Assembly: GCA_041650915.1 (NCBI GenBank)
Contig: JBAZKE010000005.1
Span: forward strand, 11,310-75,309
DNA: 64,000 nucleotides
Reading direction: 5' to 3'
Origin: Patescibacteria group bacterium
Lineage (GTDB): Bacteria; Patescibacteriota; Patescibacteriia; UBA10025; JAHIVO01
The position numbers and the translations under genes were made by a program. The notes under the pieces were generated by a model. It worked only from the letters and a program-made list of their open reading frames with translations, made no database searches and was not told the DNA's origin. This document shows, piece by piece, positions 27,745-36,279 of this stretch. Every line of letters starts with the position of its first letter. Positions within the stretch are counted from its first letter, which is position 1.

Positions 27745-28010
27745 AAGCATGCCATGGCGAGGAGGAATCCCCTTCTCCCCTCCGCCACTCTGAGCCCACC
27801 GAAGCGCCATCGCGGAAGGCAGGAAAAGAATCCCCTGGCCGGAGGCTTCGAGATCGCCACGTCGCCTTCGGCTCCTTGCGATGACCCAGGGAAAAAGCAT
27901 GTCGTTGCGAGAAAGAATCCCCTTCTCCCCTCTGTCACTCTGACGACGGCGTAAGCCGGAGAAAGAGTCCCCTGGCCGGAGGCCAGGAGATACTTCGCTT
28001 TCGCTCAGTA
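27745..28010. repeat. array of degenerate ~150-bp palindromic repeat units immediately 3' of GIY-YIG gene 1
   Basis: The unit ccctggccggaggcttcgagatcgccacgtcgccttcggctccttgcgatgacccagggaaaaagcatgtc (27831..27902) recurs at 28990..29060 and partially at 29200..29262. The sub-motifs gaatccccttctcccctc.g.cactctga and gtc(a/g)t(t/g)gcgag also recur. Confidence 0.6.
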
Positions 28011-28313
28011 TGACTCGGGGAATAAGTCTTTGCTCAAGTCACGCCACGTGGGATTCAATCCTTTAATGAGCATCACCTTCTTCTTCCGTAACCATCCTTT
28101 GATCTGTTTTTCTCTCGCGATGGCTATTCGTATGTCATCTATTACCTCATAGTAGACAAGCTTGTTTGCATTGTACTTCGCCGTAAAACATTTGTTTACC
28201 TTATCACGGTGCTCATGAACTCGGCGTTGCAAATTATTCGTTACACCAGTATAAAGAACCCTGTTGAATTTATTCGTCATGATATACACGCAGTACTGCC
28301 GTTCCCGTCGCAT
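28005..28313 (-). CDS. GIY-YIG nuclease family protein (UPF0213-like), copy 1
   Basis: Internal start at ATG 28313 (MRRERQYCVYIMTNKFNRVLYTGVTNNLQRRVHEH), the GIY-YIG motif pair, about 103 aa. The track ORF, extended to 28382, would overlap the neighbouring gene. Confidence 0.8.
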   Translation of the reverse strand: MRRERQYCVYIMTNKFNRVLYTGVTNNLQRRVHEHRDKVNKCFTAKYNANKLVYYEVIDDIRIAIAREKQIKGWLRKKKVMLIKGLNPTWRDLSKDLFPESY

Positions 28314-28320
28314 AGGATTT

Positions 28321-28953
28321 TTATACGGCATCAAGGTTCTTCGCCCGCCGCGTCCGCCCAGAACGGCAAACGTAGGCCACAATTACTGCAATAATAACGG
28401 TACTGAATGCCCCGATGGTATTGAGAAGCATATCATTGCCCGTATCTGGCCCGTCGCCAAAACGGTTGCCACCAGTAATCAAATCCTCAATGTACTCTTC
28501 CAGTTCATAAAAAACTCCGAGCGTGGACGCGATCGTGAATGCAAACAAGCCCACAAGCCATGGCGACAGCGCGATCTTTCCGCTTTTTTTCAGGAGCCAC
28601 AGCGCGTTGAATGACAGGAGCGCTGCCATTGCCGTGCCGCACAAATGCCCTGCCTGGTCATACCAGTCAAATTTGTTGTACCAGTGCATCGTATCCCCGA
28701 GAGCGTCAAATGATACGCTGAAAAGCGCTCCGGCGAATACGAACCACGGCAGCGGATTGCCAGTAGACTTTTTCACCCGGTATGAAACAAACTCAACCGC
28801 AAGCCACACGAAAAACGCCGTAACGAACAGCCCGAGCCAGGTGAAGTCGAGCGTGAAATCCAGCACCCCAGCGTAGTTAAGCAATTCAAACGATATCCAG
28901 CCCGCAAATCCGAGCCGCATGGCATTGGTGAGCACTTTGTTTGTCTTTTCCAT
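28321..28953 (-). CDS. hypothetical integral membrane protein (about 6 TM)
   Basis: 210-aa hydrophobic ORF. Its last ~15 codons overlie the conserved leader of the GIY-YIG module. Confidence 0.55.
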   Translation of the reverse strand: MEKTNKVLTNAMRLGFAGWISFELLNYAGVLDFTLDFTWLGLFVTAFFVWLAVEFVSYRVKKSTGNPLPWFVFAGALFSVSFDALGDTMHWYNKFDWYDQAGHLCGTAMAALLSFNALWLLKKSGKIALSPWLVGLFAFTIASTLGVFYELEEYIEDLITGGNRFGDGPDTGNDMLLNTIGAFSTVIIAVIVAYVCRSGRTRRAKNLDAV

Positions 28954-28974
28954 AGTCGATATGTAATTCTATTT

Positions 28975-29290
28975 ATTTGTCACTCTGACCCTGGCCGGAG
29001 GCTTCGAGATCGCCACGTCGCCTTCGGCTCCTTGCGATGACCCAGGGAAAAAGCATGTCATGGCGAGCGAAGCGAATGGTCCCCTGCTCCCTCTGTTACT
29101 CTGAATGAAGAGAAGAATCCCATGACCGATGGTCTGATGATCACCACGTCCCTCCTCCTTCTGTCACTCTGACGACGGTGCAAGCCGGAGGAAGAATCCC
29201 CTGGCCGGAGGCTTCGAGATCGCCACGCCCTTCACTCCGTTCGGGCTCGCAATGACAAAGAAAAACGCAGGTCATTGCGAGGAGGGACGA
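28975..29290. repeat. second array of the same palindromic repeat family, 3' of GIY-YIG gene 2, including an 11-bp perfect hairpin ctcgcaatgac/gtcattgcgag
   Basis: 28990..29060 is almost identical to 27831..27902. 29247..29280 forms a hairpin, ctcgcaatgac-N14-gtcattgcgag. Confidence 0.6.
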
Positions 29291-29300
29291 CGAAGCAATC

Positions 29301-29600
29301 TCATTGGTACCAATCTACCGCTAGGTCCTTCCACTGTTTATTATCCTTTTCAATTAGCTGAACTTTCTTACGTCTCGAGCCTGCTTTCAGTTGCTTCTCC
29401 CGTGCGATTGCGTCCATCGGATTATCAAACACTTCGTAATAAACTAACTTATTAATATTATACTTGCTCGTAAAACCTTTGACTGCTTTTATTTTGTGTT
29501 GGTACACGCGGCCTTCTAAATGACCCGTGACCCCTATATACAAAACCGTATTCGTCTTATTCGTCATAATGTACACGCAGTACTGCCTTTCCTGACGCAT
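29301..29600 (-). CDS. GIY-YIG nuclease family protein (UPF0213-like), copy 2
   Basis: 99 aa. MRQERQYCVYIMTNKTNTVLYIGVTGHLEGRVYQHK. The upstream leader (29612..29660) resembles the leader of copy 1. Confidence 0.8.
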   Translation of the reverse strand: MRQERQYCVYIMTNKTNTVLYIGVTGHLEGRVYQHKIKAVKGFTSKYNINKLVYYEVFDNPMDAIAREKQLKAGSRRKKVQLIEKDNKQWKDLAVDWYQ

Positions 29601-29665
29601 AGGATGTATTCATACTGCATGAGGGTTCTTCGCCCGCGGCACTCGCTCAGAACGGAAAACGTTTT

Positions 29666-31135
29666 TTACCCCACCTTCTCCCCCAGCATTTGCAGCCGTA
29701 TCCGCTCTATCGCGTCGCGGTACTGCAGGGCGCTCGCCAGCGTGTACGTTACCTGGTCCCGCAGCTGCTTAAGGTACTCGACGTCTTGTACCGTATACGC
29801 CTGCTGCTTCTCCCGCTCTCCGAGCGCGATGAGCCCGATGACCTCATCTTCCGTTTTGAATCCCATGATGAGCGACAGCTTCCGTTTTTTCATCTCTTTT
29901 TCCAGCCGCCCGAGCTGCTGCGCATGCCGTTCATCGACTTCACTGATTATGTGGGGAATCTCGTCGCGGACGAGCGGCCGCCAGTGCGAGGAATAATAGT
30001 GGACGAACCCATTGCCCAAATCGAGCGACTCGTGTATGTATTCGTCAGGATGGTACGTAAGCTTGCCCTCCTTGCGATCCAGCAAAAAAAACTTAAGCTC
30101 CTGTATGCTCAAGTATTGTTTAATGTTATTCACAATCACCTCAACGAGCTCATCAATGCCGGTCTTTTTTGCAATCCGCTCCTTCAGCTCTTTTACCGCA
30201 AGATCAATGCTCTTGCGGTCTTTGAAAATGGAGTTGATAAGCCGTTCGATAAACTTCTTGAGCGGCGGAAAACCGAGCGCGACGAGTACTATGAGGATTA
30301 CCGCTGTCCAGGTTGGTGAAACATTCCACGACTCTTCAATATTTGTTTTCAGCAACAGCGCAAGGTATGTATATACCGCTAATGCAATAAAAAGTGAAAC
30401 TCCGTAAACAATACTTTTTCGGACAACGATATGAATATCCATAAAGCGATAACGAAGCATCGCATACGCACTCATAAATGCGAACAAGAACGTTACACTT
30501 ACTAAAGGTGCGTAAATTAATGGCGACAATCTGCTGTGCAAGGCATTGAAAGCACTTGCAAAAAGTGCGCAACTGATAGAGATACTATATCCAATTAGTA
30601 TATACGTAATCTGCATCCTAGTAATCGAATTTGAGTTTTTATATTTTTTGAATAAAATCAAGAGAGGAAACACTAAAAAGTAAACGACTAAAATAATAAA
30701 ATAGATAATATAGAACGTAAGGTCATACTTGGCGACGTTATACTCAACCATCATCATAACCTTGCCAATCAGTACTAGCCAGATGGCGATTAGGATTGGA
30801 ATGAATAATAGAACTGCATAGAATAACTTAATCTTTTTCGACCTAGCCGGAAAATGAAGGCAAAAAAGCGTGAACCAATACGGAATTAGTGGTGCAACAG
30901 CAAAATCAATTTTACTTAGTATGATATGTATGTGAAAAGGAATGGATGCAATCATTTCTAAAAGGGTGAGAAGAACCCAGGAAAATCCAAATAATAACGT
31001 AATAAAAAAAAGAATATAGGTACTATTCTTTTTCCAATTCAAAAGCACAAAGATGAATAGTATAACATAAGCAAGTACGTTAATTGTGGTTACTACTATT
31101 GCTACTTTGTAATCCATATCCTTGCGCCGTCTCAA
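29666..31135 (-). CDS. membrane sensor module (multi-TM + GAF) without output domain; third paralog
   Basis: 489 aa. The TM block ends with AMLRYRFMDIHIVVRKS, followed by a GAF-like region. No kinase motifs. Confidence 0.65.
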   Translation of the reverse strand: MRRRKDMDYKVAIVVTTINVLAYVILFIFVLLNWKKNSTYILFFITLLFGFSWVLLTLLEMIASIPFHIHIILSKIDFAVAPLIPYWFTLFCLHFPARSKKIKLFYAVLLFIPILIAIWLVLIGKVMMMVEYNVAKYDLTFYIIYFIILVVYFLVFPLLILFKKYKNSNSITRMQITYILIGYSISISCALFASAFNALHSRLSPLIYAPLVSVTFLFAFMSAYAMLRYRFMDIHIVVRKSIVYGVSLFIALAVYTYLALLLKTNIEESWNVSPTWTAVILIVLVALGFPPLKKFIERLINSIFKDRKSIDLAVKELKERIAKKTGIDELVEVIVNNIKQYLSIQELKFFLLDRKEGKLTYHPDEYIHESLDLGNGFVHYYSSHWRPLVRDEIPHIISEVDERHAQQLGRLEKEMKKRKLSLIMGFKTEDEVIGLIALGEREKQQAYTVQDVEYLKQLRDQVTYTLASALQYRDAIERIRLQMLGEKVG

Positions 31136-31550
31136 TAATTAGCGCCGTCGCTCGTTTTTAGCGTACCACCGTCCCCTCCGGTGTCAATCCCGGCTTCTGG
31201 ATAAGCTGTGGATAGTCATTTACAAGCTTGTTCAACCGTAGTAAACTGAGCGTATCAAGAAATACAAAAATCAATATTGTTTCCTCCATGGGCTTTCAGT
31301 CCGTTTGCAGAATGCCTTAACGCCGCATTGAGTCGCCTCAGGCGCGTGACGTGCTGGTACTCCTTCCTCCTTTGTAGCGTGGATGCCGCGACAATCCCCC
31401 CGGGTTTGGCAGTTGCCTGGGGGGAGAATATTTTCTGCCTTTGGCATGGTGCGGACGCTTCACATGGAGTGCGCTCATACATACGGATGCGCATGCAGTC
31501 CCTCCCCGAGGTCATGGCAACCGCCCGGATTGCCAGCCTCATTCCTCGCC

Positions 31551-31583
31551 GGGGTAGCGTTTCTCGCTGCCCCGTGCTTTTTT
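31551..31583 (+). terminator. intrinsic terminator (ggggtagcg-tttct-cgctgcccc + T7) with no plus-strand CDS upstream
   Basis: A 9-bp GC-rich stem followed by gtgcTTTTTTT. It lies in a 745-bp divergent intergenic region, so it implies a noncoding plus-strand transcript. Confidence 0.45.
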
Positions 31584-31880
31584 TATGCACATTGACGAAA
31601 AATATGGATTTTGTACAATACATCCAGAACGACCATCGGCCCACGATGGTTGTTCTTTTGTTTTCCTCAAGTAAACGATGCATAGAAATGGTATAATTAC
31701 CGTGTAAACAGCACTTCACACGCAAAAAAAGCGACGGCGCACGTATGAGCGCGCGGTCTCGGTTCGCGTGTGTTTACCCGCGTATAGCTGCTCGTTCTGA
31801 ACGTTCTTTACTGCGCCGTCGCACCCTTGCGCCGTCGCAAAAAGAGGTGGATAACTTGATTACTGATAAAAAATAATACT

Positions 31881-32609
31881 ATGCAAGACCAGCCAAACGA
31901 GCCAAAGGAAATGTCAAAAACAACCGCCTGGATTATCCTCGGCGCTATCGTTGTAGTACTCGCAGCGGGAGGATACTACTTCCTGGCGCAGGAAAATGGG
32001 AATACAAACAGTTCAAATGCCGTCACGGTTACGAATACAATGGCGAATGAGAACGTAAATGGATCGATGAATGCAAATACTGAGTTGAATACGAATACAA
32101 CTTCCAATACCAACGAGGTTACGAATACAAATACCGAAGTTGATACCTCAGATTGGCTGACCTACACCAACAGCGAGTATGGCTATACCATGCAGTATCC
32201 CAGTGATTGGACGGTGGAAGAGGTTAAGCTGTCCGAAGATCCAGATAGCCGAGGTAGGATACCACCGTTAAGAGCTGTTAAATTTCGTAACGAGAATAAA
32301 AGGTTCTTATTAGTAATGTATTTGAAACCAATTACTGAACTCGGAACTCCATATATGAGCGCATCTCCTGCATGGGATCAAAGTGAATTCAAAATACAGG
32401 TTGGCCAGTACACCATATCGGCAATTAAAGAAACAAGCGAAGGAAGAATTCAAACTATTTATATCCCTGGACCATCGCAATTGGTACAGCTGGGTAGTTA
32501 CGATTTTGCAGCCTATCTCATTGACTACTCCGATAATGACGCAAGGGATTTATCAAAGAACAATGAGTACTATGTAATACTCGAAATCCTCAAAACCCTC
32601 AACATATAA
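31881..32609 (+). CDS. membrane-anchored N/T-rich protein, paralog family member C
   Basis: 242 aa. A TM helix (WIILGAIVVVLAAGGYYFLAQENGNTN), an N/T-rich linker, then DTSDWLTYTNSEYGYTMQYPSDWTVEEVKL. Confidence 0.6.
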   Translation: MQDQPNEPKEMSKTTAWIILGAIVVVLAAGGYYFLAQENGNTNSSNAVTVTNTMANENVNGSMNANTELNTNTTSNTNEVTNTNTEVDTSDWLTYTNSEYGYTMQYPSDWTVEEVKLSEDPDSRGRIPPLRAVKFRNENKRFLLVMYLKPITELGTPYMSASPAWDQSEFKIQVGQYTISAIKETSEGRIQTIYIPGPSQLVQLGSYDFAAYLIDYSDNDARDLSKNNEYYVILEILKTLNI

Positions 32610-32684
32610 AACAAAAGGAGGATAATAAAAAAACGTATTTTGACAACTAGAACACTGTAACAATCAAACTGAAGGAGGTCTGAA

Positions 32685-35495
32685 ATGTTTTTCAGAACCA
32701 CTGCAATTGCAATTGCCACATTCTTTTTGGTAGTGCCAGCGTTAATCATGGCAGATGAAAATGAATGTGGTGGAGTTGTCTATCTGGGAAACCAGTATGA
32801 TTGCTGTCCCAACGGGAGTAACTGTGTATGGTGGGCATATGCCCAACGTCCTGATCTCGAAGATGAGGGTGTACATGGGTATGGGAAAGATTGGTGGGTA
32901 GACGCTCAAGGTAATGTCAGTACTGGCACTCAAGCAAAGGTTGGCGCTATCGTAGGATTTAGCGAAAACTATTTTGACGATAATCCTTACGGTCACGTTG
33001 CCTATGTACAATGGGTCAACACTGATGGATCATTTGAAGTCTCAGAAATGAGCTGTAATTACGGACCGAGTGGCGTCACTTACAAACACTATACCAGTAC
33101 TGATCAAGGTTTTATCTACGGCGGCCCCGTACCGTTCTACGAACAGCGCTCGCCGGAAGGAGCCATCAACTGGCGGGAATCTCACTTGCTGACCGAAGCC
33201 AATCCCTACTCCGGTCATACCTCGAGCCACCAGCCGTTGTCAGCATTCGGATCGCGTGACCAGTGGGGCATGCACTGGTACCACAATTACATCATTTCCA
33301 GCCAGGACAAGTTCTTCTCCGACGGTACGCCGAAAAACTGCTATGTCCAGGGCTACGTGGGTCGTTCTGGAGGGTATGGGTATGACGGTGCGGTCGTGTA
33401 CGATGCGCTTGGCGGTGCCCGGTCGGCGTACGTTGTCGGCTGGGACCAGTGGGACGTGTGGCATGAGCTGCTGCCGTACGGGGATTACCATTTTGATCCC
33501 GGTGATGGCGGTCCGAATTCATCTTTGGGCATGCCTATCACCAATTCCTATTGGACCGGCTCAGTGTGGCGGCAGGATTTCCAAAAGGGATACCTGTCGT
33601 ACGGAACTGTCCATGGGTACGGTGATGACGGCGCGCTGTGTGCTCCGGGATGGAGCACGTCAGGATGGAATCATCGTTATTCATACCTCTTTACCGAAGC
33701 GTACGAGCGTAATGGTGCAGCGGTTCGGGTCGGTAAATCGTTTAATAAGAACGGGACCAACGGCAAGGTCATGAACTACGTTGGCGATTACCTTATCCAG
33801 TACTTCAGCGGGGGAGTTAATGGAGAGGGAGCTATTGTCTACGACATGAACAACTGGGCAGGCAATCCCGCAGCCACCAACGAGGCCTACTACCTCTACG
33901 GCAACTTCTACACCTACTGGACAACGGTATCTGATATCGGCCCATGGGTACTTGGCGCTCCGACAACCGACCGCACGGGTAACGTACAGTACTTCAAGTA
34001 CGGTCGCATGGTCGATGACAACGGCGTCACCCGGGTATACCTCGGCGAGCAGGAGATCTGGAACAACCAGGTTGGTGCTGTTGGCGGCCTAGACCCGATT
34101 GCAGACGGCCACGAAGACCTCGCCTGCATGTACGGCGGGCGTTCAACCATGCATATCCCGGTATGGCTCTCCGACGGTACCCAGTTTAACCTGGATAACG
34201 GCCTGGCGGGTTGGTACGGATCGTCATCCTGGCCTGTGGCGAATATCCGGCACGTTGTGGAAGGCGATTTCAATGGGGATGGCCTCGATGATATCGCCGA
34301 TTTCTACGACTACGGACTGCAGCCAAATGGCACGTACCAGACGCGGATCCACGTATTCAAGTCAACCGGCTCCAGCTTCGTGCTCTCCGGCGGCCCGCAG
34401 GGGTGGTGGAAAGCAGATGGCTACACTGCCAGTCACGTCGTCCACGCGGTCGCAGGCGACTTCAACAACGACGGTAGGGATGACATAGCCTCCCTGTACG
34501 ACTACCCCGAAACTGAAGCGCGGATCCATGTGTTCATCTCGACCGGATCCTCGTTCACCTATTACGGCCCGGTCGGATGGTGGCACGTCACTTCCGGGTA
34601 CAACACCGATTGCGTGAGGCATATGGCCGCGGGCGACTTCAACGGGGACGGAAAGAGCGACATCGCCGCGGTCTACGACTACGGCGGCGCCCAGACGAGG
34701 ATACACATGTTCCTGTCAACGGGCAGTTCCTTTGCCTACCAGGGTCCGTCAGGATGGTGGAGTTCAACCGGATACTACGCGAGTACGGTCGTGCACGCGC
34801 TGCCCGGTGACTTCAACGGGGACGGCAGGGACGACATTGCAACCCTCTACGACTACGGCAACGGTCAATCGAGGATTCATGTATTCCTGTCGACCGGCTC
34901 GTCGTTTGTGTACCAGGGTCCTACGGGTTGGTGGAACAACATCGGGAGCGGGAGCTACCATGCGCAGAACGTCAAGCGAGCCGCAGCAGGCGACTTCAAC
35001 GGGGACGGAAAGGACGACGTGACGCTTGCCTACCGCTACTCGGCAAATGAAGCCCGGTTCCATATGTTTCTGTCGAGGGGAACGTCGTTTCGCCAGAACA
35101 ACGCAGCAACTGGCTGGTGGTCCAGTACAGGCTTCTCGCTCGATGCCGTGTACGGCATGGTGGCGGGCAGGTTCAACTGGATCGGCTCGCCGAAAATCGC
35201 ACAGCCGGAAGAAAACCGTGGGCCTCTTCCGACAGCCTTCACCCTGTCCCAGAACTACCCCAATCCATTCAACCCTACTACCACCATCTCCTACGCTTTG
35301 CCTGAGGCAACGCACGTGGAACTGCACGTGTACAACATCCTCGGACAAAAGGTAACAACGCTCGTTGACGAATACCAGACTGCTGGCCAGCACGAAATCT
35401 CGTGGGCCGCTGACCAGCACGCGTCAGGCATCTATTTCTACCGCATCAGGGCGGGCGATGCCGTGGAATCGAAAAAAATGGTACTGCTCAAGTAG
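32685..35495 (+). CDS. secreted CHAP-domain protein with multiple FG-GAP/VCBS-like repeats and a C-terminal T9SS-type sorting domain
   Basis: 936 aa. Signal peptide. CHAP region (CCPNGSNCVWWAYAQR ... GHVAYVQWV). About 7 repeats of the form GDFNGDG.DDIA..YDY. The CTD NYPNPFNPTTTISYALP...VYNILGQKV...YFYRIRAGDAVESKKMVLLK matches that of 11866..15033 almost exactly. Confidence 0.8.
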   Translation: MFFRTTAIAIATFFLVVPALIMADENECGGVVYLGNQYDCCPNGSNCVWWAYAQRPDLEDEGVHGYGKDWWVDAQGNVSTGTQAKVGAIVGFSENYFDDNPYGHVAYVQWVNTDGSFEVSEMSCNYGPSGVTYKHYTSTDQGFIYGGPVPFYEQRSPEGAINWRESHLLTEANPYSGHTSSHQPLSAFGSRDQWGMHWYHNYIISSQDKFFSDGTPKNCYVQGYVGRSGGYGYDGAVVYDALGGARSAYVVGWDQWDVWHELLPYGDYHFDPGDGGPNSSLGMPITNSYWTGSVWRQDFQKGYLSYGTVHGYGDDGALCAPGWSTSGWNHRYSYLFTEAYERNGAAVRVGKSFNKNGTNGKVMNYVGDYLIQYFSGGVNGEGAIVYDMNNWAGNPAATNEAYYLYGNFYTYWTTVSDIGPWVLGAPTTDRTGNVQYFKYGRMVDDNGVTRVYLGEQEIWNNQVGAVGGLDPIADGHEDLACMYGGRSTMHIPVWLSDGTQFNLDNGLAGWYGSSSWPVANIRHVVEGDFNGDGLDDIADFYDYGLQPNGTYQTRIHVFKSTGSSFVLSGGPQGWWKADGYTASHVVHAVAGDFNNDGRDDIASLYDYPETEARIHVFISTGSSFTYYGPVGWWHVTSGYNTDCVRHMAAGDFNGDGKSDIAAVYDYGGAQTRIHMFLSTGSSFAYQGPSGWWSSTGYYASTVVHALPGDFNGDGRDDIATLYDYGNGQSRIHVFLSTGSSFVYQGPTGWWNNIGSGSYHAQNVKRAAAGDFNGDGKDDVTLAYRYSANEARFHMFLSRGTSFRQNNAATGWWSSTGFSLDAVYGMVAGRFNWIGSPKIAQPEENRGPLPTAFTLSQNYPNPFNPTTTISYALPEATHVELHVYNILGQKVTTLVDEYQTAGQHEISWAADQHASGIYFYRIRAGDAVESKKMVLLK

Positions 35496-35529
35496 CACCG
35501 TCTTTTCCAAGAAAACCTGTCATCCAAAT

Positions 35530-35567
35530 CCCCTGCGGAGCCTCGCTTCTCCGTGGGGGATTATTTT
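35530..35567 (+). terminator. intrinsic terminator hairpin (copy 2) after the CHAP/FG-GAP gene
   Basis: cccctgcggag-cctcgctt-ctccgtggggg followed by ATTATTTT. The inverted duplicate of 11793..11830. Confidence 0.6.
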
Positions 35568-35603
35568 AAGTATGTGGTTACAAAATCGTCGGCTCGCAAA
35601 AAC

Positions 35604-36266
35604 TTATTCCACAAACCCAAATCCATCCAGTATTTTAGAGAATTCGGCAGAATATTTTTCTTTGTCATCGAGCTCGCCGACAGAGGCTGAAATCGTGTAT
35701 TCAAAATCATTGTGCCGCACGTATGCGGTAATCGTGTACCCAAGCGAATTTGCCGTCACCTGCACCGCTGGCTCGCTACCGACGACAACCTCCCGCTGCT
35801 CGAGCAGCTCGTCGGCTCCGTACCAATCCGTTTCCTCGGCAACCCACTCCCCGAGCAAGCCATATTCCGCTTCATAAGCGTACACCTCGACCTTCATGCC
35901 CTGTATGGGATCGGCATCAGGCTGCCGCAGCGCGACCGCGTCAATGAATGAGACGTACCCGAACTCATCCGGGCCGTCGATCGCCCAGCCCTCGGGTAGG
36001 GTCAGCGAGTACCCGTCGTCGTACGAGGTAAAGACAGTTTCGCCCTGTGCGGTCTCCCCGATATCGTAACCCCTGCCGGCGGGTGCTGCGGTTGTATTCT
36101 CCGCTGGCACATTCGAAGTATTCAAGAAGCCGTCCTCAAAACCGTACGTCCACCACAACGCCGCACCGATGACGATAACGACGCCGAAAATGATCCGAAA
36201 TATCAGTTTGTCCTGCCGAATGCTTACCTTCATACATTTACTATAACACATATCTGCATCCGGCAC
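35604..36266 (-). CDS. hypothetical membrane-anchored protein, distant member (D) of the anchor paralog family
   Basis: 220 aa. A TM helix (IFRIIFGVVIVIGAALWW), then a globular region with DDGYSLTLPEGW (cf. EYGY..YPS.W). Convergent with the CHAP gene. Confidence 0.5.
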   Translation of the reverse strand: MPDADMCYSKCMKVSIRQDKLIFRIIFGVVIVIGAALWWTYGFEDGFLNTSNVPAENTTAAPAGRGYDIGETAQGETVFTSYDDGYSLTLPEGWAIDGPDEFGYVSFIDAVALRQPDADPIQGMKVEVYAYEAEYGLLGEWVAEETDWYGADELLEQREVVVGSEPAVQVTANSLGYTITAYVRHNDFEYTISASVGELDDKEKYSAEFSKILDGFGFVE

Positions 36267-36279
36267 AGAAAAGGAGAGC

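Noticed and set aside
28313-28382. N-terminal extension of GIY-YIG copy 1 to 28382
   Set aside because: It overlaps the 3' end of the membrane-protein gene. The paralog copy starts at the equivalent MR(R/Q)ERQYCVY methionine.
27600-29300. CRISPR array hypothesis for the repeats around the GIY-YIG genes
   Set aside because: The repeat units are ~70-150 bp, degenerate and irregularly spaced, and are not separated by unique spacers of constant length. No cas genes are nearby.
31255-31725. ORFs 31255..31725 (-), 31277..31696 (+) and 31383..31595 (+) in the long intergenic region
   Set aside because: They overlap each other on both strands and read through a strong intrinsic terminator. They have Cys/Arg/Pro-rich composition. 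The region is treated as noncoding (candidate ncRNA).
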